64,000 nt of DNA, taken from assembly GCF_006345805.1 (NCBI RefSeq), contig NC_042998.1, positions 61,752,001-61,816,000 on the forward strand, in the 5' to 3' direction. The position numbers and the translations under genes were made by a program. Positions 26,162-38,049 of this stretch are shown here, piece after piece; the stretch's first letter is position 1, and each line of letters begins with the position of its first letter. The notes below the pieces were generated by a model, which saw nothing but the letters and a program-made list of their open reading frames with translations, was not told where the DNA came from and searched no databases. This DNA is from Octopus sinensis (taxonomy: Eukaryota).

Positions 26162-26213
26162 CGAGAACGTACGTTTCAAGATTAGTCAAAACAACATTTC
26201 TATCATCGGCTCG
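26162..26213 (-). ncRNA. Satellite hammerhead (intact, minus)
   Basis: Reverse complement of CGAG CCGAUGA U AGA...UCU U GAAA CGUACG UU CUCG. Confidence 0.7.
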
Positions 26214-27965
26214 GAAATTCCTTGGTTTGGATTTGGAAACACTGAAATAGAACATACCCTCTCGAAGATCCTGCTCCCAACTAACAGTGTCAACAATTCA
26301 AAATAAGCAAGCGAAGAATCTCTGTTCTCCCCTTTCCACCAGCGTGGGTTAAAATCATCAACTCTATGCTTATTTCGGTAAAGTCCGAAGCATTAATCAG
26401 AGGGAGTTAATTATAATTTCAACAATTGAGGGCAAAATTAATTAATTATTAATCATTTCACCAAGTGTTTCAGTATGCAAAGGGACCATTCAAGGCGAAT
26501 TCAAATTATTACATTATATAAAAGGGCTTAGTAAAATAAATTACTTTGCCGCATACTGAACTCATTAGAAATAGCAGCTAAAAAACTTTTTTAAGGCTAT
26601 TTCTAATACTTAAAGAAAATCTCTCTCATATATAGTGTTTGCATAATTTAACTCACAAAAGTTTGGGGGTAATGACATCGAAAAATCAAATGCTAAGGTT
26701 ATTCGAGAACGTACGTAAATAAGCATAGAGTTTGATGATTTTAACCCACGCTGGTGGAAAGGGGAGAACAGAGATTCTTCGCTTGCTTATTTTGAATTTG
26801 TTGACACTGTTAGTTGGGAGCAGATCTTCGAGAGGGTATGTTCTTATTTTCAGTGTTTCCAAATCCAAACCAAGGAATTTCCGAGCCGATGATAGAAATG
26901 TTGTTTTGACTAATCTTGTAACGTACGTTCTAATAACCTTAGCATTTGATTTTTCGATGTCATTACCCCAAACTTTTGTGAGTTAAATTATGCAAACACT
27001 ATATATGAGAGAGATTTTCTTTAATATTAGAAATAGCCTTAAAAAAGTTTTTTTAGCTGCTATTTCTAATGAGTTCAGTATGCGGCAAAGTAATTTATTT
27101 TACTAAGCCCTTTTATATAATGTAATAATTTGAATTCGCCTTGAATGGTCCCTTTGCATACTGAACACTTGGTGAAATTGATTAATAATTAATTATTTTG
27201 CCCTCAATTGTTGAAATTATAATTAATCTCCCTCTGATTAATGCTTCGGACTTTACCGAAATAAGCATAGAGTTTGATGATTTTAACCCACGCTGGTGGA
27301 AAGGGGAGAACAGAGATTCTTCGCTTGCTTATTTTGAATTTGTTGACACTGTTAGTTGGAGCAGATCTTCGAGAGGGTATGTTCTTATTTTCAGTGTTTC
27401 CAAATCAAACCACGGGAATTTCCGAGCCGATGATAAAATGTTGTTTTGACTAATCTTGATACGTACGTTCTCGAATAACCTTAGCATTTGATTTTTCGAT
27501 GTCATTACCCCAAACTTTTGTGAGTTAAATTATGCAAAACTAATATGAGAAGAGATTTTCTTTAAGTATTAGAAATAGCCTTAAAAAGTTTTTTTAGCTG
27601 CTATTTCTAATGAGTTCAGTATGCGGCAAAGTAATTTATTTTACTAGCCCTTTTATATAATGTAATAATTTGAATTCGCCTTGAATGGTCCCTTTGCATA
27701 CTGAACACTTGGTGAAATTGATTAATAATTAATTAATTTTGCCCTCAATTGTTGAAATTATAATTAATCTCCCCTGATTAATGCTTCGGACTTTACCGAA
27801 TAAGCATAGAGTTTGATGATTTTTAAACAACCACGCTGGTGGAAAGGGAGAACAGAGATTCTTCGCTTGCTTATTTTGAATTGTTTTGACACTGTTAGTT
27901 GGGAGCAGATCTTCGAGAGGGTATGTTCTTATTTTCAGTGTTTCCAAATCCAACCAAGGAATTTC

Positions 27966-28017
27966 CGAGCCGATGATAGAAATGTTGTTTTGACTAATCT
28001 TGAAACGTACGTTCTCG
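27966..28017 (+). ncRNA. Satellite hammerhead (intact)
   Basis: Stem I CGAG/CUCG; core CCGAUGA; stem II AGA/UCU; GAAA; palindrome ACGUACGU; GUU (cut after 28013). Confidence 0.7.
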
Positions 28018-28520
28018 AATAACCTTAGCATTTGATTTTTCGATGTCATTACCCCCCAACCAAACTTTTGTGAGTTAATTCTTCAAACACTATATATGAG
28101 AGAGATTTTCTTTAAGTATAAGAAATAGCCTTAAAAAAGTTTTTTTAGCTGCTATTTCTAATGAGTTCAGTATGCGGCAAAGTAATTTATTTTACTAAGC
28201 CCTTTTATATATATGTAATAATTTGAATTCGCCTTGAATGGTCCCTTTGCATACTGAACACTTGGTGAAATTGATTATTATAATTAATTAATTTTGCCCT
28301 CAATTGTTGAAATTATAATTAATCTCCCTCTGATTAATGCTTCGGACTTTACCGAAATAAGCATAGAGAGTTTGATGATTTTAACCCACGCTGGTGGAAA
28401 GGGGAGAACAGAGATTCTCTTCGCTTGCTTATTTTGAATTTGTTGACACTGTTGTTGGGAGCAGATCTTCGAGAGGGTATGTTCTTATTTTCAGTGTTTC
28501 CAAATCCAACCAAGAATTTC

Positions 28521-28572
28521 CGAGCCGATGATAGAAATGTTGTTTTGACTAATCTTGAAACGTACGTTCTCG
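28521..28572 (+). ncRNA. Satellite hammerhead (intact)
   Basis: Identical to 27966-28017. Confidence 0.7.
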
Positions 28573-29067
28573 AATAACCTAGCTTTGATTTTTCGATGTC
28601 ATTACCCCCACCCCCAAACTTTTGTGAGTTAAATTATGCAAACACTATATATGAGAGAGATTTTCTTTAAGTATTAGAAATAGCCTTAAAAAATTTTTTT
28701 AGCTGCTATTTCTAATGAGTTCAGTATGCGGCAAAGTAATTTATTTTACTAAGCCCTTTTATATAATGTAATAATTTGAATTCGCCTTGAATGGTCCCTT
28801 TGCATACTGAACACTTGGGTAAATTGATTAATAATTAATTAATTTTGCCCTCAATTGTTGAAATTATAATTAATCTCCCCTGATTAATGCTTCGGACTTT
28901 ACCGAAATAAGCATAGAGTTTGATGATTTTAACCCACGCTGGTGGAAAGGGGAGAACAAGATTCTTCGCTGCTTTATTTTGAATTTGTTGACACTGTTAG
29001 TTGGAGCAGAATCTTCGAGAGGGTATGTTCTTATTTTCAGTGTTTTCAATCCAAACCAAGGAATTTC

Positions 29068-29119
29068 CGAGCCGATGATAGAAATGTTGTTTTGACTAAT
29101 CTTGAAACGTACGTTCTCG
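29068..29119 (+). ncRNA. Satellite hammerhead (intact)
   Basis: Identical to 27966-28017. Confidence 0.7.
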
Positions 29120-29867
29120 AATAAACCTTACAAGCATTTGATTTTTCGATGTCATTGCCCCCCAACTTTTGTGAGTTAAATTATGCAAACACTATATATG
29201 AGAGATTTTCTTTAAGTATTAGAAATAGCCTTAAAAAGTTTTTTTAGCTGCTATTTCTAATGAGTTCAGTATGTATGCGGCAAAGTAATTTATTTTACTA
29301 AGCCCTTTTATATAATGTAATAATTTGAATTCGCCTTGAATGGTCCCTTTGCATACTGAACACTTGGTGAAATTGATTATAATTAATTAATTAATTTTTG
29401 CCCTCAATTGTTGAAATTATAATTAATCTCCCTCTGATTAATGCTTCGGACTTCGGACTTTACCGAAATAAGCTAGAGTTTGATGATTTTAACCCACGCT
29501 GGTGAAAGGGGAGAACAGAGATTCTTCGCTTGCTTATTTTGAATTTGTTGACACTGTTAGTTGGGAGCAGATCTCTTCGAGAGGGTATGTTCTTATTTTC
29601 AGTGTTTCCAAATCCAAACCAAGGAATTTCCGACCGATGATAGAAATGTTGTTTTTTGACTAATCTTGAAACGTACGTTCTCGAATAACCTTAGCATTTG
29701 ATTTTTCGATGTCATTACCCCCCCCAAACTTTTGTGAGTTAAATTATGCAACACTATATATGAGAGAGATTTTCTTTAAGGTATTAGAATATCCTTAAAA
29801 AAGTTTTTAGCTGCTATTTCTAATGAGTTCAGTATGCGGCAAAGTATTTTATTTTACTAAGCCCTTT

Positions 29868-29898
<31 letters not shown>

Positions 29899-29944
29899 AT
29901 ATATATTATATATATATATATTAATATATATATATATATATACT

Positions 29945-30115
29945 TGTTTCAGTCATTTGATTGTGGCCATGCTAGAGCACCGCCTTTATAGTGGAGAAAA
30001 TCGACCCCAGAGCCTATTCTTTGTAAGCCTAGTACTTATTCTATCGGTCTCTTTTGCCGAACCGCTAACCCGGGACTATGTAGTTGGTAAGGCAAGCTAC
30101 TTACCACACAGCACT
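29945..30115 (-). mobile_element. SINE family B, internally deleted
   Basis: The tail (cttgtttcagtcatttga..) is joined directly to the head (caagctacttaccacacagc). Confidence 0.75.
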
Positions 30116-31109
30116 ATTATAGTAGTAGTAACACTATCTTCTATTTTTGTTATTGAATACGAAGCTCAGACGGAGCAGACTACAAATAGTCATAATTTTT
30201 TTATGCCTAATGTATCTTGAACTTCAGTATCCAAAATATACTTTCGATTCACTAAGACGATAGGGAGCAATATGAGGAAAATTTGACTGTAATTTCCTAC
30301 TGCCAGAACGACCATGTACTCGTTCACTTGTCTTGTATCTATGGAGATTTGTTGCTATATAACGGTACTTCCATTAACTGGGTTTGTAAATGAACAAAAG
30401 AAAACAAAAATGCTAAAAAAAAAAAGCAGCATGACCGAAATATCATCTGCTGTTTTACATTTTAAAAGTTCTCGTCTTTCTTTTATTATTATTATTTATT
30501 AAATACACATTTTAGACGGTGCAGATGGTACAGACTTGCAATTAGTGAGTTAATCCATTTAAAATTCATTAGATTACATCTGTTGCCGAGCAGAACCTCA
30601 ATAGTATACTCGCTTTCTGTAGAAGAATTGGCTGCAAGTGATACGGTAAATCATCAGATGGCATTCTTAGGCATATCGTAGACGTAATAAACTGCTACAA
30701 TTTGCTGGCAAAACATGGTTTCTTTTAACAATAACCGTAAAGGTCCGCCCAAAATCAAGATATAAGATTGAGTAAAATAATGAATAAAGAAAGAAAACAA
30801 AATAATTCATCGAAAGAAAACTTTCTTTTTCTTCTTTTTTGTTTGGTTTTGTCCAACTTTGGAACAGTTATCATTCATTTTTCCCTCGCTATGGATTACT
30901 ATCAAACCATTCTCTCTGATCGTGGATTTACGTAAGGAATACCCGATCTAATGAGCCACAACAACTATCATTGATGAAGAACTTTCTTCCATTATTACAA
31001 ATGTTTAGCCTATCTCCCTCTGCAGTGGGACTGAACCCGGAACCATGTGATTAGTAAGCAAGCTACTCACCACACAGCCACTCCTGCGCCTAATCATAAT
31101 AGTTCTGAA

Positions 31110-31616
31110 TAATTATGTTTATAGTACTAATTAATAGCTTTATGATAAAAAAAGCTATAATAATAAATCTCTGAACGAGGTATAAACAGTAACTGCACGA
31201 CAATGTGAGGTATACTTGCCATCTCAATATGGCTAACCAATAAGGGTGGGTGTTACTGTAGCTTGTAGCCCCAGGAGAACATCGTCTCCAGCTGGCTTTA
31301 GGCACACTTTCTGTGCACTTATGGTATTTGCAAAGGGAGGTCACCCTTCCCTCATCAACCTAAGTGATACGCACGCACTGCAGTTTCTGGGTCTTGACCC
31401 GTCATCGGCGTGCGACAATCACCGGTTTTCGATGAAAAGAAGTTCCCAATGCAAATAATATTATACTTTTTCCAGTAACTCTACGTCACTAATCTCGAAA
31501 AAGTGTATACAAGCAATAATAAATCTCTGAACGAGGTATAAACAGTAACTGCACGACAATGTGAGGTATACTTGCCATCTCAGCTATTAATGATAAATTA
31601 GTACTATAAACATAAT
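31110..31616 (-). mobile_element. PLE-like terminal-repeat unit with ~67 bp direct repeats and an internal HHR
   Basis: ataataaatctctgaacgagg...ccatctca at ~31160 and ~31517 (357 bp apart). A related piece lies at 6508-6650. Confidence 0.65.
31370..31414 (-). ncRNA. Type I hammerhead with GUG at the cleavage triplet
   Basis: CGCACG CCGAUGA C GGGU CAAG ACCC A GAAA CUGCAG UG CGUGCG. Stems are perfect; N17=G. Confidence 0.65.
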
Positions 31617-32022
31617 TGACAAGGGTCACGTCAACGGGTTCTGGAACTGACGTTGATGTTATCTCTTCTACTGTCTTCGGAGCTACGTTTGATGTCACAC
31701 AGCAAAACAACCTCTGACAGAATCCAGTTTCCTTTTTCTTCGCTTTCCAACTCCATTTGGCTGAAAAACTTCAAGTGGGTCACACTCTTACAACTGTTAC
31801 GGTTATAGTCTCTATCCTACACACACCCGTCTTATCATCTCCCCTTCTCTTTCGCTTCTGTCTGTCTGTCTCTCTCTATCCTTCTGTCTCTGTCTCTGTT
31901 TGTCTGTCTCTCTCTCTCTCGCACTCTCTCCCCGCCTCTCTCTCTCTCTCTGTACTCTCTCTTTTACCTTTATAACGTTCTGTTTGTTGCTTACTCTGTC
32001 TACCTCTTGCCTCTTCCTCTCA

Positions 32023-32051
32023 GTCTATCTATCTATCTATCTATCTATCTG

Positions 32052-32138
<87 letters not shown>

Positions 32139-32220
32139 GTCTGTCTGTCTGTCTGTCTATCTAGTCATCTATCAATCTATTTATCTATCTATCTATTTGT
32201 CTATCTATCTATCGATCTAA
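32023..32220. repeat. (TCTA)n/(TCTG)n microsatellite
   Basis: Tetranucleotide run. Similar runs occur at 18095-18187, 36232-36275 and 37248-37332. Confidence 0.95.
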
Positions 32221-33139
32221 CTGTTTGCACGTGTATCTGTCTATCTGTCTGTCTGTCTATTTGTGCATTTGTCTGTCTCACTGTCTATGTCTATCTTTCT
32301 CTCTGCACCCATCATGGCGTCCAGCTCTAAGATTTGTCTGTGTTTTTTGCGGAGGAAAGGACACCATCAGGATCTGCACTGACATGTATTTTATTACGAT
32401 AAATTTTAGCAAATATGCGGTGCACAGTTCGGACTGTTTGTTTTCGCCTCGTCCTGAATTTCGAAGCTCAGCGACACACTTCTCTATATCCTAACTCTAT
32501 CAAAATAGTATACTCTTCCTCTTAAGTCATTTGCAAATCTCTGATCCTCGTGAAATAGTATTATGTTCCCTTTCTCCTTATCTTCTCTAGCATAAAATTC
32601 TCAGGAAAGGAGGTACATCCTTTTGTGACATACTGCTACCACATCACTTTCTTTAACAGTATTCCATCCCTCACAGAGTTCCCTCTAAGTTGTGCACTTG
32701 TGCGTGTATACACGTTTTGCAACTGGGAACGGAAAGAAATGTGTACAAAAGGAGTTCAAAAGGAAAACAATTTTTTTATTTTTATATAGAAGGAACTTCA
32801 GCAGCTATAGCTACTCGCATAGACGTGTACATAACTTGAAAAGACAGATATAAATTTGCTCAAAACCAAATTAGTACGCCCAACCCTTGCAAAAATAAAT
32901 TAGGAATACTGCCCGTAACAAAAAGCTTGTAACGAAAGTGAACGTCTTCTCTTGCACTTTTGGGGTGCAAGTTGGTGCAATCACTTTCCGTTGCTTTAAT
33001 ATCCAGATTCTACCAGTCAGAAACAAACAAGACGCAGAGGTAAAATATATATATCTACTTTATTCTCTTATGACAGTAACAAATAAGTGGTGTATCTGGT
33101 TCCGCTTGATATTGGGCGTGCAAGGCTGAAAGTTAATCG

Positions 33140-33560
33140 CTTGTAAGATTTTACAATGTTCAGCCGCTAAAAACAGAACGGGTCAAAAATGGCGTCAGGG
33201 CTGAGGTCTGCAACAATTTGGTTAAAAGCCTTCGGCCGACTGCTATCAAATCCTGACAGAGAGAAAATATACGTCCGTTGCCTTCAGTCGCTTTGTCTCA
33301 AGTCACTGCCTGCTGCTGGACGCTAGTGGTCAACGTCCTACGATCCCCTTGCCTCGGCTAACTGCCACGTAGGCAAAATGGTCCTTCTTCCGGTGCTTCG
33401 CGCATGCGCGAGAGGGCCCTTCCTCTCTGCCTTGATGAAGGCACCAACACCGCACGCGCGAAACAGAAATGGACGGTGCGCGCGCGCGCCGTTGTATAGG
33501 ATCACTACAAGCTCTCTTTGGCTTGTATTACGAGCAAAGAAGCCGTCACTAGTCCCGCTG
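33140..33560. promoter_or_regulatory. CpG-rich island with housekeeping-promoter-like motifs
   Basis: GC/CpG enrichment against the AT-rich background; NRF1-like tcgcgcatgcgcga (33398-33411), ETS-like cttccgg (33387-33393), YY1-like aaaaatggcg (33185-33194). Confidence 0.4.
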
Positions 33561-33584
33561 TAAATGTCTCACAAGTCTGCAAAG

Positions 33585-33785
33585 CGGTGAGCTAGTAGAG
33601 TCGTTAGCACGCCGTACAAAACGTTTAGCGGCATTTTGTCCGTCTTTTCGTTCAAACTTCGCTGAGGTCAACTTTCATCATTTCGGAGTCGATAAGATAA
33701 ATACTAATCAAGCACTGAGGTCGATATAATCAATTTACTCCTTCCCCGAACTTGCCGGTTTTGTGACAAAATTTGAAATCAATAT
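33585..33785 (+). mobile_element. SINE family A, diverged
   Basis: gttagcacgccg head and a degenerate gtcgataag core. Confidence 0.7.
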
Positions 33786-33951
33786 TTCACAGTCAGCTTC
33801 ATTGTTGTTCTTGCTATTGTTTATGTTGTTGCTTGTGCTTGTGTTTATCTCGCAGTATTAATTTGCCTTTCCTGACGCTAAAAGTGGATGTCTTTGCTTG
33901 TAATGTTTGTTTTATTGCCATTTTTTTCTGTTTATCCATTTTAAATTAAAA

Positions 33952-34630
33952 TGATGGTTTGTTGCCAACTTAATGTGGCAGTCCCAGGAAAAGGAAGAAT
34001 GCTACTGCTATTTAGCCCTAGGAAACATCATTTCCAGTTGGCCACGTGACACAAGCGTTCTGTGTCCTTTCTCCCCTGTTTGAAAACTTAAGGACACAGA
34101 ACGCTTGTGTCATGCAGCCAACTGGAAACGATGTTTCCTGGAACTAAATAGCAGTAGCATTATTCCCTTTCCTGGGACTGCCATATTAAGTTGGCAGCAA
34201 ACCATCACTTTATCGTGTTGCTACTGTATAAGTTTCTCTGGAAGATTTAGAAATGCAATATTTCTAATTTTGTAGATCAGTGAATTTATTTCACTTGAAA
34301 TTCTATAAGTTTTCAAAGGCGAATAAACATCAACAGCTAGTCCGCTAAACTACTCCAGACTGATGAAGAGCAATAACTCTGAAACTAGTCTCTGGGTGCT
34401 GGCTTTGCTGGGTGGAGGTGCTTATCTCCCCTGTTTGAAAATTTAAGGACACAAAAATCTTGTGCCACATAGCCAACTGGAAACTATGTTTCCTCGAGGT
34501 AAATAACAGTAGCATTCTTCCCTTTCTTGGGACTGCCACATTAAGTTGGCAGCAAACTATCACATAATCGTACTGCTGCTGTATAAGTCTCTCTGAGAGA
34601 TTTAGAAATGCAATATTTCTCATTTTAAAT
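33952..34630 (+). mobile_element. 355 bp tandem unit with HHR plus inverted 5' copy (retrozyme/pLTR-like)
   Basis: tctcccctgtttgaaaa... at 34070 and 34425. Segment 33952-34068 is the reverse complement of 34090-34208. Confidence 0.8.
34355..34395 (+). ncRNA. Minimal type I hammerhead, fully canonical
   Basis: CCAGA CUGAUGA AGAG CAAUAA CUCU GAAA CUAG UC UCUGG; palindromic ACUAGU; GUC (cut after 34390). Confidence 0.85.
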
Positions 34631-35189
34631 TAGTTTTCGTGTATTCGAAAATTATTTCAACATTTTCTTTTAGATGGGATGTATCCAGTTTCTATTCCTT
34701 TTCTTGTCAATACTTCTTAACGCTTTCTTGTAGATGTCATACAACAAAAAATGAAAACACAAGAAATATTAGTAATAACAAAAAAACAAGTCTAAAAGAC
34801 AGACATTCTTATATTCCCAGGAAAGACGTTCTAGACTTCCTTATTGCAAATTTGTTTTTGTAAAAAAGAGCAATATATTTCCCGGGTAAAGTTAAACTAA
34901 TTTTCTCGAAACTACCTCAAGAGACATGTGTATGGTTAAAAATGTAAAAACAACAGTGGCAACGACGACGATAATGATCGCGATGATAAGATGTGTAATA
35001 TGTAACGAGACGAAGAACAATATGTATACTATTAATGTATGTATATGTGTACATACACACGCTCGCGCGCACGCACACACTCATTCTTCTCTTTTACTTG
35101 TTTCACTTATTGTTTGGCGTCTGTGGCTTTGTAAAAAATGTCTGTTTTTATTTTAAGGTTAATTTCTTTAATTAGTATATCCAAGAACG

Positions 35190-36110
35190 GGAGCTCCTTT
35201 TGGTTGTATTCCATTGTGAACTGTATATTTGGAAACCCCCTTTCTCAATACATAAAAGAGAATTGGAAACGATTCTTAGACGATTGTTTTATACTCTGGA
35301 ATGAAAAACAGATAAACTCCTAAAATTTAAAAACCTATTGAACAGCATAAACCCAAATATACAGTTCACAATGGAATACAACCAAAAGGAGCTCCCGTTC
35401 TTGGATATACTAATTAAAAAAATTAACCTTAAAATAGAAACAGACATTTTTTACAAAGCCACAGACGCCAAACAATACCTTCTTTTTAATTCATACCACC
35501 CAAGACACACTAAAACAAACATCCCCTTCAACCTTGCAAGAAGGATATGCACAATAGTGTCAGAACAAAATACCAGGAACTTTAGACTGCAAGAACTCAA
35601 AAACACCCTAATTGACAGACATTACCCAGCTCAACTCATAGAGGATGGGATCAGACGTGCAACAGAAATCAACATAGAAACTTTAAGAAAAGTTCAACAC
35701 AACAACACACCTTCCCCGAAAATACTACCTTACATATCTGCATACAACCCCAGAAACAAAGAAGCCTTCACCATCATCACCCAGAATTTACCAATACTTC
35801 ATAAGGACCCCAAATTAAAGGAAATTCTAAACATACACCAAATTATTAAAAGCTACAAACAACCTAAATCACTTAAAAAGATTCTCACAAAGGCAAAATT
35901 GTTTTCTGAAATTACGGATGCAAAAGTAAAAAAATGTGGTAGATCGAACTGTGCAACATGTCCAAACCTGCTAGAAGGATCAGAATTCCTCTTTAAAGAG
36001 GGACAGAAATTCAAGATCAAATCTAACTTTACTTGTGCCTCTGAAAACATAATTTATGTCATAAAATGCTTTCTTCTAAACTATGTCATTGTAAGGGAAA
36101 AATTTTTTTT
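35190..36110 (+). mobile_element. PLE 3' part (RT C-terminus, thumb, start of GIY-YIG; Poseidon/Penelope-like)
   Basis: WKRFLDDCFILW, LPFLD, FYKATD..QYL.F.S.HP.H...IP, CGRSNCATC, FTC.SEN.IYVI.C. Confidence 0.9.
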
Positions 36111-36230
36111 AATATTCTTCAGACGTATTGACGCAAATATATATATTTTTTAACCTTTAAGCCTTCTGTAGTTTTTTCACTTTTTACTATTTTCTATATA
36201 CTCAACCACGTGCTTTCACAACCAACTTTC

Positions 36231-36341
<111 letters not shown>

Positions 36342-36381
36342 ATATATCATCAAAATATGCAATAGGATATCAAGTAGTGAT

Positions 36382-36465
36382 GTAGTACGACCGTTTCAAG
36401 CGGCCCCATTTAATTGAAGACTGCTATCATTACATCAAGTTAAACACAGTGCCATCATCAGCTGC
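36382..36465 (-). ncRNA. Type I hammerhead, long stem II
   Basis: GCAG CUGAUGA U GGC...GCU U GAAA CGGUCG UA CUAC. Same family as 50552-50636. Confidence 0.6.
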
Positions 36466-36526
36466 ACAAATAAATAAATAGAATTCCAACCAGCTGGACA
36501 CATTAATTATGTGTGTGTGTATACAT

Positions 36527-36825
36527 AATGGACTCTCCCGTCGTTAGACGGCGTATGAGGGTTCGACAATTTCTTATTATACAACCACATAGATGATTTG
36601 TCTATAGTGATCAAATGTTTGTGTAGACATAAGCTCACTACCCCCATCAGATCGACATTACCCGTCCAAGTGCAACGGGTGCCACATGTTGGATGTCGAA
36701 GTGATCGCAGAGTAACACGAAATGAAGTGCTTTGCTCAAGAACACAACGCAATGCCCGATCTGGGAATCGAACCCACGATCTCGCAATCATGAGTACAAC
36801 ACCTTAACCACCAAGCCATACCTTT
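36527..36825 (-). mobile_element. tRNA-type SINE, family D
   Basis: Reverse complement has a ggcttggtggttaagg..gggttcgattccc head; homologous to 50789-51078. Confidence 0.8.
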
Positions 36826-37046
36826 CACTATTATGTGTGTATGTATATTTGTATGTATGTATGTATGTATAAATGTACATTCCCATATATATATATAAAA
36901 CCTTTTAAAACATAAATATTCTTGACAAGTCATACAATGACGAAAACCGGTTGAATAAAAATATATATTATATATTTTATCAATTTCTCATTTTATTAAA
37001 ATTTTCTTTCATTTGAGCATTCTGCATTTTTAAAAAAATTTTTCCT

Positions 37047-37088
<42 letters not shown>

Positions 37089-37246
37089 TGTGTGTGTGTG
37101 TGTGTGAAACAAAGTATATAAATAGAATTATATAAGCATGAATATAAGTGTGTGGGGTGTATCTGTCTGTGTGACTGTCTGTGTGTACGTGTGCAGACAG
37201 ATATACAGGCAGACAGATATACAGGCAGACAGATATACAGATATAC

Positions 37247-37333
<87 letters not shown>

Positions 37334-37758
37334 CAGAGAGAGAGAGAGAGAGAGAAAGAGAGAACCCATTTTCTAACCGAGTGAGAGTTTCCAGTTGTAA
37401 AATGAAAAGTCATTAAACAAAACGGTAATTAAATGGCACATCAATTTTAGAAGAATCTTGATGAATTCTTGATTTTTGACATTATCTTCTCTTATTGAGA
37501 ATTGGTACTAATTACCACCAGTTACTTAGCTTATCCTCTCTAGAAATGGATATAGTCTCAATAAGTCAAGAACATATGTTGCATGGTATTTGATATTCCC
37601 GTGTCTGTCTTTGTTGTTCAAACACATGTCACAAACAATTCTGAATTATTTCGCTTAGCTTGTTTTCCTCTAATTATTCAAATTATTTTAACCTTAAATA
37701 TTTTCAACTCCTTTAAAAAAAAGCCAAGTTATCCCGTCTGCTGGAAAAAGCAGGAATT

Positions 37759-37800
37759 GCTGTGCTGATGACGCCTGTTAAGACAAAAACGTGTTACAGC
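37759..37800 (+). ncRNA. Degenerate hammerhead
   Basis: GCUGU(G) CUGAUGA ...AGAC aaaaaCGUG UU ACAGC. GAAA is lost. Confidence 0.35.
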
Positions 37801-38049
37801 TATCTCTTTGTCCCCAGTCAGACAGTCTTTTCCTTAATAGCATGTTAGTTTTGAAGACTTCTTGACTTTTCAGATTGCTAAAAGTTTTTGGTCAGAGTTT
37901 TTGTTCCTCATCTTAGGGAAGAATCCACTCCAAAACAGTTTCTAACATTCTATAGGCTTGACAAAATAAACTAGTTCCATTTGTTTTTGGATCCAATTTG
38001 TTTTATTCTAGAGGGAGTGGGTTATTCAATCAATACTCTTTCCTTTTAC

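Larger units (their letters stand above)
25310..29872. repeat. ~545 bp HHR-containing tandem satellite (retrozyme-like); ~2.6 units minus, ~5.8 units plus, inverted at 26716/26717
   Basis: The motif ccgagccgatga recurs at 26881, 27422, 27965, 28520, 29067 and (with one base missing) 29630, and in reverse near 25650 and 26205. Both ends run into (TA)n. Confidence 0.95.

Noticed and set aside
25310-29872. Short ORFs in the satellite, and a possible CRISPR-like reading of the tandem arrays
   Set aside because: The ORFs are not kept in frame among copies. Units are fully repeated with no unique spacers, there are no cas genes, and the context is eukaryotic.
31489-31760. Possible host exon on the minus strand
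   Set aside because: Short open frames without recognisable homology; the splice donor is weak.
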